Assembly (NCBI GenBank): GCA_963765765.1 | Contig: CAVXYC010000012.1 | Span: forward strand, 1 to 27,386 | Length of the DNA: 27,386 nucleotides | Origin: an uncultured Chloroflexia bacterium | GTDB taxonomy: Bacteria > Chloroflexota > UBA6077 > JACCZL01 | Direction of reading: 5' to 3' | Translations under genes and position numbers: made by a program | Shown: positions 18,566-27,386 of the stretch, in pieces | Layout: each line of letters begins with the position of its first letter | Numbering within the stretch: the stretch's first letter is position 1 | Notes under the pieces: model-generated | What the model saw: the letters and a program-made list of their open reading frames with translations, nothing else | What the model was told of the DNA's origin: nothing | Databases searched by the model: none

Positions 18566-19528
18566 TCATGAATAGGCGATTCGTGGATCTAGCCAACCAT
18601 AGATGAGGTCCACTACCAGGTTCACCAAAACAAAAAGGCTCGCGAGAATCAGAATGTTGGCCTGGACCTGCGGATAATCCCGCTGAGAGATCGATTGCAG
18701 CGTCAGCGTTCCAACTCCGGGCAGTCCAAACACTGCCTCGATCACCACGGTTCCGCCAATTAAAAATGTGAACTCCTGCCCCAGAACCGTGACCACGGGA
18801 ATGAGCGCGTTCTTGAGGGAGTGGCGCATGATCACGAGCTGATCCGCGAGGCCCTTGGCTCTCGCTGTGCGCACGTAGTCCTGGCGGAGCACCTCGAGCA
18901 TCTGAGCCCGCGTGAATCGCATGATCGACGCGGAAAGCGCAAACCCCAGGGCAATTGCCGGAAAAATGAACTGCTCCAGGTTACGCATAGGATTCTGAGC
19001 AAACGGAACGAATCCCAGCGGATACGGGTATCGCCACCAGATGGCGGGAAGAACGATCAGCATCGTCCCAAGCCAGAAACTGGGGATAGAGTAGCCGACG
19101 ATACTCACGAGTCGCGCTACATAGTCGACAGTCGAATCCTGCTTCACCGCGGCAATGATTCCGGTAATGAGCCCCACCGTCATGGCGATGGTAAGAGCGA
19201 TGATCGTGAGCTCCACGGTGACGGGGAACCGGGCCAGGAATTGATCGAGGACCGGCCGCTTTGACACAAGCGAATCCCCAAGATCGCCTCGGACCACTCT
19301 CACAATCCAATCCACGTACTGAACGGGCAACGGCTTGTCCAGGCCAAACTGGCGCCGAAGGTCTTCAATGGCGGCGAGATTGCTCCCGCCTTCCCCTGAT
19401 GCGCTGCTGCCAAGCGCTATCAGCGCCGCATCACCCGGTATCGCTCTCAATATGAGAAAGACGATCACTGACACTCCGAAGAGCGTGGGGAGGGCCAGAA
19501 GTAGCCGCTTTGCGATATACGCCTGCAT
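18566..19528 (-). CDS. Peptide/nickel-type ABC transporter permease, DppB/OppB-like
   Basis: GLDKPLPVQY, GDLGDS, QDYVRTARAKGL, HSLKNALIPV, RDYP, LDPRI. Confidence 0.96.
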   Translation of the reverse strand: MQAYIAKRLLLALPTLFGVSVIVFLILRAIPGDAALIALGSSASGEGGSNLAAIEDLRRQFGLDKPLPVQYVDWIVRVVRGDLGDSLVSKRPVLDQFLARFPVTVELTIIALTIAMTVGLITGIIAAVKQDSTVDYVARLVSIVGYSIPSFWLGTMLIVLPAIWWRYPYPLGFVPFAQNPMRNLEQFIFPAIALGFALSASIMRFTRAQMLEVLRQDYVRTARAKGLADQLVIMRHSLKNALIPVVTVLGQEFTFLIGGTVVIEAVFGLPGVGTLTLQSISQRDYPQVQANILILASLFVLVNLVVDLIYGWLDPRIAYS

Positions 19529-19596
19529 TGCCTAATTCCTGTTGAAGCTCAATTCGACGGAAGCTTCGCCAAACGACGACGGTCCCGCAGCTTTAG

Positions 19597-20679
19597 CTAC
19601 AGGGCGTAGAAAGCCTTCGGATTGTCGTAAACAATCTTCTGAACGGCGCTCTCTGGCAGGTCACCCTGATCTACACGCTCTTGCAGCCGTTTGGTGAACT
19701 CTAGCTCCATCGATGCATCGGCGTGCGTGTAGTCTGACCCGACCAGCAGGTTGTCAATGCCTGTATGTCGAATGATGTACGGAAGATCCTCGTCGACCTG
19801 GATGGTGACGTACAGACGATTCTTCTTCAAGATATCGTCCGGCATGTCGTAAGCCGGCCCGCTCAGGACGTTGTCGCCCTTCGGGCGCGTCTTAAGTCGC
19901 CGGTGAAGATCGTACAGAACGAACGGGATCCAGGAGGAGTTCGCCTCGATGAAGCCAAATCGCAATGTCGGAAACTTGTCCGGCACGCCATGCAGGATGA
20001 ATGAATGGAAAGCGTGCACCGCCGGCATGCCAATGCGGATGAAGCGACCATAGGAGAATTCGCGGGACGGTGTGAAATCGGGAACTCCAGATCCCACGTG
20101 GAAGCAAATGGGCATGTCCAGCCGCTGCGCTTCCTCATAGACCGGATAGAAGTATTCATCGTTCGGCCACTTCCCGGCTTCGCGATCGCCCTTCTTCAAT
20201 ACGCCAACGGCGCCATGGTCCTTCGCCCGCCTAACCTCCTCGACGGCCATGTTGATGTCTCCGTATGGCGGCAGGCAGGCCCAGCGCAGTCGACCCTTTG
20301 ATCGATCGCTCCGATCGGCCAGCCAGCGGTTGTAGCTCCGTCGAAGGGCCCGGTCAATTTCGGGATTTTCAGTGATGCCGACGAGGAATAGCGTCGGGTA
20401 GATAATCTGTGCCTCAACGCCCATGGCGTCCATATCGCGCAGACGAGCATCGACATCCATGAGCTCCCGCGTCTGCACCGTGGTCTTAGTGGTCGCATCA
20501 TCGCGGTTCATCCTTGGCTGGCGATGACCGTCGATCATCCAATAGCGGGTTTGCGGTCGATTCGGATCCTGATGCGACGGGTAGCCCACCGTTGGTTTGA
20601 ACTCCTGCTCATCGGCGTGCAGAAATTCCCAGGTGTCCTCTGTCTCATCGATATGGGTGTCAGCATCAATGATGCGCAT
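19597..20679 (-). CDS. Amidohydrolase family 2 protein (hydrolase/decarboxylase/hydratase type)
   Basis: IIDADTH, RLRDMD..GV, YNRWLAD, ICFHVG, FIEA, GSDYTHAD. Confidence 0.92.
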   Translation of the reverse strand: MRIIDADTHIDETEDTWEFLHADEQEFKPTVGYPSHQDPNRPQTRYWMIDGHRQPRMNRDDATTKTTVQTRELMDVDARLRDMDAMGVEAQIIYPTLFLVGITENPEIDRALRRSYNRWLADRSDRSKGRLRWACLPPYGDINMAVEEVRRAKDHGAVGVLKKGDREAGKWPNDEYFYPVYEEAQRLDMPICFHVGSGVPDFTPSREFSYGRFIRIGMPAVHAFHSFILHGVPDKFPTLRFGFIEANSSWIPFVLYDLHRRLKTRPKGDNVLSGPAYDMPDDILKKNRLYVTIQVDEDLPYIIRHTGIDNLLVGSDYTHADASMELEFTKRLQERVDQGDLPESAVQKIVYDNPKAFYAL

Positions 20680-20798
20680 GTGCCAGAAACCTCACTTGTG
20701 GGCGGCCCCACGTTTCAAATTTCCGAGCTTCCCGGGAGGGGAAAGCGTTACCAGCGAGGAAGTAGTGCTGATGGACTTCGATGACCCAGGCCGACATG

Positions 20799-20837
20799 GT
20801 CAGGGCTGATACAAGTTGAGCTTCGTTCAGCCCTGAC
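20799..20837 (-). other. Intercistronic stem-loop just downstream of the binding-protein gene
   Basis: Perfect 11-bp inverted repeat GTCAGGGCTGA / TCAGCCCTGAC with a 17-nt loop, 14 bp after the stop at 20852. No U-tract. Confidence 0.6.
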
Positions 20838-20851
20838 GGGATGCCTGAGAC

Positions 20852-22501
20852 CTATCGGTTTGGAGCGCCCTTGGAGCGGTCAAACCAGACTTCGCGAGGG
20901 TTGTAGACGTATGCGTTGCCGCCCCAATTCATGGAGTAGTCCGTTGACCCACGCTTGCCACACGTTCCAATTGGGCAGGTCGATGGTGGGCGCCGCGTAC
21001 ATCTCTTTGTAGATGATGTCCTGGACCTGACGTGCAATCTGAACTTTGCGCGCGTCATCAGAAGCGACTTCAAAATCCTCGATGAGCTTGTCCAGCTCAG
21101 CGTTGCGGATGAACGGGTTGGTGGTGCCCTTGGAATGGAAGAAGTTGTACCAGGGCTTATTCTGGTTCTCCGGATCGCCGATCAGGATCGGTACCATGTC
21201 GTAATTGCCGGAGGCCTCCGCCTGAGCGTAGACGCCGAACTCGGTCGGTCGTAGCTCCATGGTCACGCCAATCTGCTTGAGCTGGCCCGTGACGGCTTCC
21301 ATGATCTTCCCTGATGTGATACGAGCGCTTGGCACAGTCATGGAAGTGGTCAGGCCGCTGGGGAAGCCTGCCTCAGCCAGGAGCCGCCTTGCTTCCGTAT
21401 AGTCGGCATCCTTTGGCTGTGACCAGCCGGGCCACTGAAGAAACTCAGTCTCCGGGAATGGCGAGCTTTTTCATGAGGCCCGAGATTCCCCCAGGTGGAC
21501 CCAGCACTCCGGCGTTGTCAGCAATACCGCGTACGAGAGCCTGTCGGTCAACGCCGAGATGGATTGCCTTGCGGACGCGCACGTCGTTGAATGGCGGCTT
21601 ACTCAGGTTGAAGTACATGGAGTTGTTGAAAATCCCCGCGCTCGTGCGCTGTTGCGACTGCGGAACAGCTGCGAGAATGGTGTCTAGCTCACCCTTGTTG
21701 GTGGTGCTGTAGACGTCCAGCTGCTGGCTGATGTAGCCGGCCACCTGGGCCGAGTTGTCCAGGCCGTAGAGCACTTTCCAGCCGTCAAGATAGGGCTTGG
21801 CTTTATCCCAGTACTGATCATTTCGCGCGAGCGTGGTGCCCGCGACCTGATCGTAGCTCACAAGCTTGAACGGCCCCGTGCCGATAACGCTCTTGTCGTA
21901 GGAGCCACCCTCGTCGATCACGTGCTTTGGCATCATCATGGTGCGGCGGTCGGCAAGCTGTTGAATGAATGACGGGTCGGCGTACTTCAGTTGAAAATTG
22001 ACCGTGTTGTCATCCACCTTAGTGGCAGTCTCAAACGAAGGGATGAACCCGCGTGCTTTGAGCGCGTTCTTTGGATCGTAGACATAGGAAAAGGTCCACA
22101 CAACATCGTCCGCGGTAAAGGGCTTGCCGTCATGCCAGAGAACATCCTTGCGTAGCTTGACCGTGTATGTATTTGGGCTGTCGATTCCCAGCCCTCGGCC
22201 AGGTTGGGGACGAGCTTCTTCTCTATACGCATATCTTTATTGGGGTCGTGATCGAGCGTCAGCAGCGTCTCGTATACGGTCGCCGCAAACGTAATCTCCT
22301 CCGGAAGTCCAAAGCCCACGTACGGATTCAGAGACGACGGGGCACTTCGGGATGCAATGGTGAATGTGCCACCGCGCTTGGGGTCAGCGCCCGCGCCGCC
22401 GTTGCACCTCCGCCGGTTGACGGCGCCGACGGCGCGCAAGCCGAGATAGTCAGAACCAGGGAAATGAATCCCGCGAATGTCGCCCAGCGTCGCTTACCCA
22501 T
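20852..22501 (-). CDS. ABC transporter substrate-binding lipoprotein, family 5 (at least 4 frameshifts)
   Basis: Signal peptide with lipobox ISAC, PKRGGT, VYETL, PNLAEGW, WHDGKPFTADDV, IGTGPFKL, PPFNDVRVRKAI. Confidence 0.9.
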
Positions 22502-22532
22502 CGTTCCGTCTCCTCTCGATGTCGGCATTCCG

Positions 22533-23771
22533 CTACTGAATGATTCCTTCGACCATGTAATCGTCGATCTGTTCCTCGGAAAGTCCCAGTATTTCGCGAT
22601 AGACGTAATCGTTGTGCTCGCCAAGGAGCGGCGCGTGTCGTCGCTGGCGGGGAGCGGTGTTGGAAAGTCGATACCCCCAGGACTCCGTCACAACAGAGCC
22701 CAGCTCGGGATGCTCCACCGGAAGCCAGTGCTCACGAGATCGGAGCTGAGCATCGTTGTTGAGAAGATCGTCTGCTCCATTGAGCACGCCCGCGGGAATC
22801 CCTTCATCCAGGAATCTCTGCATCACGGCCTCGGCCGCCTGCGGTTCGGTCCACTCGCCAATGATGGCGTCGAGTTCGTCGGCATGCTGTTGACGACCGA
22901 GAAATGTGTTGAACCGTGAGTCGCGCAGCCGCGCGTCATCAACGATGCGGCAGAAGACTGTCCAGTGCTGATCCGTACCGATGCTGATAGCGCACCAGCG
23001 ATCGTGGCCCTGGCAGGGATACACGCCCTGAGGCGCGAATCCAGCTTCGCGATTCCCCGTGCGCGGTGCGATGCGTCCATTGGCCGTGTACTCAAGGATG
23101 AGCGGTCCCATGAAATTGATGGTCGACTCGTACTGAGAGATCTCAATGTACTGGCCCTTGCCGGTCGCATTCCGACTGTGAAGAGCGGCGAGCACGGCCA
23201 CCATCCCGTGAAATGGATTGCAGCTCGTGTCGGGATGTGACCACGGCGTGGGACTCACGGGAGGCTTGTCCGGGTAACCCGAGATCGCATTCAAGCCAGC
23301 CATGGCCTGGATGCCCCAGCTCACTCCGCCATAGAAGTCCCGCGGACCGCCCATACCCATGGTCGGCATCTGAACCATAATGATGCGCGGATTGATCGAC
23401 GACAGTCGCTCATAGGTGAGTCCCCACTTGGATGTCACGGTGGGTCGCAGATTGTCGATCACGATGTCGCTCTTGCCCACGAGATCCATGAAGATCTCGA
23501 CCGCCTCGGTCCGTTTCAGATCGAGTGTGATGCTGAGCGCGCTCGTATTGAACTTGTTGTGAAAGTAGCCGACGTTGAGGCTGGTGGCGCCCTCGCGTCG
23601 GTTAACTCGACTTCCGCCGCCGCTGAGGATGTACGCCTCTGATTCGACCTTGATAACCTCGGCGCCGAAATCCGACAGCATCTGAGTCACGAGTGGACCA
23701 GCGGCGAGCTGAGACAGATCCAGTACGCGAATGCCTGAGAAGGGAAGGGCTTCAGTGTTCGATGGACTCAT
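22533..23771 (-). CDS. Class III CoA-transferase, catalytic-type (BbsF-like) subunit
   Basis: GIRVLDLSQLAAGP, GAEVIKVE, DNLRP, SHPD (catalytic Asp position), GKGQYIEISQYE, APLLGEHN. Confidence 0.93.
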   Translation of the reverse strand: MSPSNTEALPFSGIRVLDLSQLAAGPLVTQMLSDFGAEVIKVESEAYILSGGGSRVNRREGATSLNVGYFHNKFNTSALSITLDLKRTEAVEIFMDLVGKSDIVIDNLRPTVTSKWGLTYERLSSINPRIIMVQMPTMGMGGPRDFYGGVSWGIQAMAGLNAISGYPDKPPVSPTPWSHPDTSCNPFHGMVAVLAALHSRNATGKGQYIEISQYESTINFMGPLILEYTANGRIAPRTGNREAGFAPQGVYPCQGHDRWCAISIGTDQHWTVFCRIVDDARLRDSRFNTFLGRQQHADELDAIIGEWTEPQAAEAVMQRFLDEGIPAGVLNGADDLLNNDAQLRSREHWLPVEHPELGSVVTESWGYRLSNTAPRQRRHAPLLGEHNDYVYREILGLSEEQIDDYMVEGIIQ

Positions 23772-23831
23772 GGTGCCTTTCCAGAATGACCCCACGGTGC
23801 GGGCCCATCCGCTGATCAAGCCGGCGGATAT

Positions 23832-25100
23832 TTAGATAACGCCAGTTCGCTTAAGTGTCAAGAGCTCAGCAGCGCCCAATCCCAGCTCTTCGCCAAGGAT
23901 TGACGCGTTGTGCTCGCCAACATTGGGAGGTCTTCTCGAGATGCTCCAGGGGGTCTCGCTGTGCCGATAGGGGCTACCGGTATAGGTAAGCTCTCTGCCG
24001 AGATCCTTATGCTCCACGTCGACGAAGAATCGACGCGCCACAAGCTGCGGATCCCGCAATAGGTCTTCCGCCGTATAGATGGCACCGACTTCAAAACCGT
24101 TGCGCTGCGCCTGATTCATGAGATCTTCTTTACCCATAGTCATGAAGAACTCACGGAACACCGCGTCGATGTGCTGAGCGACCTCAAGTTGGGAGCGGTA
24201 CTTGAATTCGATGTACTTCTCATCGATCAGGTCCTGAGCCATGCCCGCTTCCACGATCCATTGAAGCACGCGCTGCCAGCGCCCGGCGCGCGGACGGAAC
24301 CGAATGTCCACATAGCCGTCGCGACACGGGAACACACCGTTTAGTGAGCTGCGATGAATATCACCGCCGCGACCTTCGTAGTCACCAGTAGTCATGAATG
24401 TTGGAATGCGTGTGAGCAGACAGACTGGCATGCTGGCCTGAATCGACACATCCACATGCTGGCCCGATCCGGACGCGTCACGCGCAAGCAGGGCAACGAG
24501 TGTTCCCGTGGCCGCTTGACCGCCCACCTGGTGGTAAGCCTGAAGGGAGCCCAGAGTGACCGGGAGGTCGATCCGGCCAGCCGCATTCCAACAAAACACC
24601 TCCAAGAGCCAGCGCTGTCAGATCCGTCGCCGGATAGTCTCTGATATGGCCCGGTCTGTCCGAAGGGCGTGATAGACGTGAGGATCGAGGCGCGAATTGA
24701 GCGCCCGAAGCGCCTGGTAGCCGATCCCACGATCATCGAGGTAGCGGGGTGGAAACGTCTCCACGATGACGTCAGCCGTCGCCGCCAATCGACGAAAGAT
24801 GTCCTGGCCGTCACACGTCTCGAGGTCGAGCGTGATACTGCGCTTGTTCGTGTTGAAGTGGAAGAAGTAGAGACTTCGCTCGGGATGTGGTTCGTCGTCG
24901 AGAAACGGTCCGATCGTGCGAGTGGGGTCGCCGCCGGGCGGCTCAACTTTGATGACGTCGGCGCCAAGGTCCGCAAGTAACTTCGTGCAATAGAGTCCCG
25001 ATTCGTTTGTGAGATCGAGCACTCGCAAATCACCGAGCGCGGTTTGGCGCTGCTCGCTCACCACCGCGACTCCCGTGCTAGAGACACTCCTGACCTCCAT
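23832..25100 (-). CDS. Class III CoA-transferase, probable non-catalytic (BbsE-like) subunit (frameshifted)
   Basis: LRVLDLTNESGLYCTKLLADLGADVIKVEPPGGD, NTNKRSITLD, SITPFGQTGPY, QAYHQVG (no Asp), GSGQHVDVS, PNVGEHN. Confidence 0.88.
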
Positions 25101-25143
25101 GGCTCAGGTCACCCACGGACACCCACAGGGCCAAGGCTATTCC

Positions 25144-25172
25144 ACTATAGGAGCGGTCCGGAGGTCTGTCAA
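25144..25172 (-). promoter_or_regulatory. Near-consensus sigma70 promoter for the CoA-transferase/transport cluster
   Basis: Minus strand TTGACA (25172..25167), 17-bp spacer, TATAGT (25149..25144), about 44 bp upstream of ATG 25100. Confidence 0.75.
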
Positions 25173-25180
25173 TCAAAGCG

Positions 25181-25190
25181 CCTCGTCAAA
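25181..25190. repeat. Target-site duplication of IS copy 2, left (CCTCGTCAAA)
   Basis: Identical 10-mer at 26428..26437, abutting the right IR. Confidence 0.95.
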
Positions 25191-26427
25191 CAGGGTCTTT
25201 TCGTTGTTCGATTGTGACGACGGGGCCACGAGGAAGGAGTGTCGACCGGCGAGGCTGGGGATCTCCCCTCGAGCGAGGTGGGGAATTCTCCGGGAGGGGA
25301 CGCATGGACGCGGCCATTCCATCGTTACTCGAAGCCTTGGCCCCGGTGCCGGATCCACGCCATCGCCGCGGCTGCCGGTACTCCGTGGCGACGATCTTGA
25401 CGTTCGCCGTGTGCGCCATGGTGTCGGGGGCCCGCAGCTTGTATGCGATCGCCCAGTGGGGGCGGGATCAGGGCTCGGCCGAGATCCGCGGGGCGTTCGG
25501 CATCACCCGGGCCACCACCCCGAGCGTGGCGACGGTGTTTCGGGTCTTTCGCGATCTCGACCGCGACGCCTTCGAACGGGTGCTGGCCGAGTGGGCCCGC
25601 GTCCAGGGGGCCGGTTCCACGGGGGCGGTGGCGCTGGACGGCAAGCACCTCCGCGGGATCCACGGCGAACAGATTCCGGGCGTGCATCTGGTGGCCGCCT
25701 TCGCGCATCGGGATGGGCAGGTGCTGGGCCAAAAAGGGGGACGCTGAAGGAGCACGAGCTGCGCCTGGCGGAGGCGCTGTTGGCCGATCTCGACCTCCAC
25801 GGCGTCACGGTCACCGGTGACGCCCAATTTTGCCAGCGCGCCCTGAGTCATCAGGTGGTCGCGGCGGGCGGCGCGTATTTCTGGGCGGTCAAAGACAACC
25901 AGCACCGGCTCCTGGAAGCGTTGGTGGCGCTGTTTACCCTGGAGCCCCCACCCGGTGTGACGTTCGCTCGGGCGGTGCAGCGTGGCCGGCACGGCGATCG
26001 GCAGGAAGAGCGCACGCTACGGACATCGACGCTCCTGAACGACTACCTCGATTGGCCGCATGTGGCCCAGGTCTGCACCATTGAACGGGTCGTCACGCGG
26101 CACGGGCGGACCACCCGGAAGCCGGGTATGCGCTCACGAGTCTCCACCCGGATCAGGCCGACGCCACCAGCCTGGCCGCCCTTTGGCGGGGCCATTGGGG
26201 CATCGAGAACTGCTTGCATTGGGTGCGCGACGTCACCTTCGATGAAGATCGCAGCCAGATTCGCACGGGCCATGCGCCCCAGGTCGTGGCCGCCCTGCGC
26301 AATACCGCCATCGGGATCCTGCGCCGCGCCGGCCATACCAACATCGCGGCGGCACTGCGCACCTATGCCGCCAGGCCGCTCGACATCTTGGCGCTCACCG
26401 GACTCACGTGACAATGAAAAGACCCTG
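25191..26427 (+). mobile_element. ISAs1-family insertion sequence, copy 2 (1237 bp)
   Basis: Same IRs as copy 1 (25191..25207 and 26411..26427), 10-bp direct repeats, near-identical sequence. Confidence 0.96.
25304..26411 (+). CDS. ISAs1-family transposase copy 2 (slippery site 25731..25740; extra 1-nt deletion near 26117)
   Basis: Same protein as copy 1 up to a CCCGGAAG vs CCCGGGAAG difference that shifts the C-terminus, probably a homopolymer read error. Confidence 0.85.
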
Positions 26428-26437
26428 CCTCGTCAAA
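26428..26437. repeat. Target-site duplication of IS copy 2, right
   Basis: CCTCGTCAAA, matches 25181..25190. Confidence 0.95.
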
Positions 26438-26475
26438 GCCGGCGAGCGTCGCACCATAGTTCGACCCATAGCGCA

Positions 26476-26488
26476 ATTGTTTGACAAT
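26476..26488. promoter_or_regulatory. Palindrome ATTGT-TTG-ACAAT overlapping a TTGACA hexamer upstream of the TctC-like gene
   Basis: 5-bp arms fitting the GntR/FadR-type TxGT-N(0-3)-ACxA pattern. TTGACA at 26481..26486. The -10 candidate is weak. Confidence 0.4.
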
Positions 26489-26542
26489 AACCGGAGGATC
26501 GCGGTACGAAGCTGCTGCTCGTTTGAGCCAAGGAATGTCGCA

Positions 26543-27386
26543 ATGAGATTGAATCGCCGGTCATCAGACGCCGTCTCACCTCGCGGAGTCGGGTCCGTCT
26601 CATTCACTGCAATAGCCGCTCTGATCACGCTCGCGGCGATCGTCGCATGTGCGCCCGCGGCCGCTCCTTCGCCAACCGCCAAGCCCGCTGCCACCGCGGC
26701 ACCAGCGGCGGCAGGCTCACCGGCGGCTTCGCCGGCTAGCGCGCCGGCTGGCTCCCCTGCGGCTTCGCCGGCCAGTTCACCAGCGGCTTCGCCGGCCGCC
26801 GCGGTCGGTTCGGCACCGCTGCCGCCACCAATCACCAAGACGGCGAGCGGCTATCCAAACAAGCCCATCGAGATCGTTCTGCCCTTTCCACCCGGCGGGG
26901 ATCGACGCCCTTGCCAGACAGATCGCGATCCCGCTCCAGAGAGAGCTGGGGCAACCGGTGGCGATCAAAAACGTCCCGGGCGGCGGCCAGCGCATCGGCG
27001 CGCGGCAATTCCAGTCATCACCGCCAGATGGCTACACGATGGGCTACTTCTCGGACACTCAGCTTTTCGTGAGTGCCTTCGTGGATGACCCGCAGGGCGT
27101 GGACTTGGCCAAATGGAGCTGGGTGGCCGGATCTTCGCTATCACAGTCCGATCGTCCTCGTTGTAGGGAAAGAGACGCCATACAAGTCCGTAGCGGATAT
27201 CATCGCCGTGGACAAGGCCGGGCAAACGCATCCGTATGGGCCACAACGGGCTCGGCGGGTTTTTGATCTACCCACGCCGTCGTCGCGTCCGCACTGGGTT
27301 TGCAGAACGTGGTCCACGTGGGCGGCTTCGCCGGAAGCAGGCCAAATCCGATGCGGGCCATGGCCCGCGGCGATCTTGACGTATTC
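26543..27386 (+). CDS. Tripartite tricarboxylate transporter substrate-binding protein (TctC/Bug), lipoprotein, partial and frameshifted
   Basis: Lipobox IVAC, Ala/Pro/Ser linker, YPNKPIEIVLPFPPGG..D..ARQIA..LGQPVAIKNVPGGG..IGA..PPDGYT. Runs to the window end. Confidence 0.88.
26723..26796 (+). repeat. Coding repeat: three copies of GCGGCTTCGCCGGC (AASPA) in the linker
   Basis: Exact 14-mers at 26723, 26759 and 26783. Confidence 0.85.

Noticed and set aside
20799-20837. Intrinsic terminator
   Set aside because: No U-tract on either strand and a long loop. Recorded only as a stem-loop.
11611-25100. Assignment as a bbs (anaerobic toluene) or cholesterol side-chain (igr/ltp2) cluster
   Set aside because: The families overlap, but there is no acyl-CoA dehydrogenase, benzylsuccinate synthase or MaoC-type hydratase, and gene order differs. 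Gene symbols withheld.
26110-26125. Second programmed frameshift in IS copy 2
   Set aside because: Absent from copy 1. A single G lost from a G-run fits the window-wide indel errors or a private mutation.
8-26427. 26-kb composite transposon bounded by two direct IS copies
   Set aside because: Copy 2 is flanked on both sides by its own CCTCGTCAAA duplication, copy 1 appears to have a different one, and the outer flanks do not match each other. This indicates independent insertions.
26700-26810. Short repeats as a CRISPR array or non-coding repeat
   Set aside because: Only 14-bp units with 10-22 bp gaps, in frame within an Ala/Pro linker. No cas genes.

Overview
GC-rich bacterial DNA holding about 24 kb of CoA-dependent catabolic and transport genes between two near-identical, same-orientation ISAs1-family insertion sequences (8..1246 and 25191..26427). 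The lipoprotein-type binding proteins and the gene repertoire suggest Chloroflexota or a similar lineage; this is inference only. Copy 2 has its own 10-bp target duplication and copy 1 appears to have a different one, so the pair looks like two independent insertions, not a composite transposon. Both copies split the transposase into two frames at an AAAAAGGGGG slippery motif. Between them, in order: a DUF3891-like gene; a stand-alone receiver-domain protein; an NAD-dependent epimerase; a + strand operon (crotonase, fused two-domain class III CoA-transferase, second crotonase, acyl-CoA ligase, two tandem ~50-aa desulforedoxin-like CxxC-x15-CC proteins, YtcJ-like amidohydrolase); an MBL-fold hydrolase; three Cys-less thiolase-fold + DUF35 pairs, two of them head-to-head paralogues; an SDR lacking YxxxK; and a - strand cluster (BbsE/BbsF-like CoA-transferase pair, family 5 binding lipoprotein, amidohydrolase, DppB/DppC permeases, no ATPase). 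A TctC/Bug lipoprotein follows the second IS and runs off the window. About half the genes carry small frameshifts, most likely long-read errors, so their boundaries are reconstructed by eye. The best candidate for an undescribed system is the ligase operon with its twin desulforedoxin-like mini-proteins, within a locus rich in active/degenerate enzyme pairs. The substrate cannot be determined from sequence.
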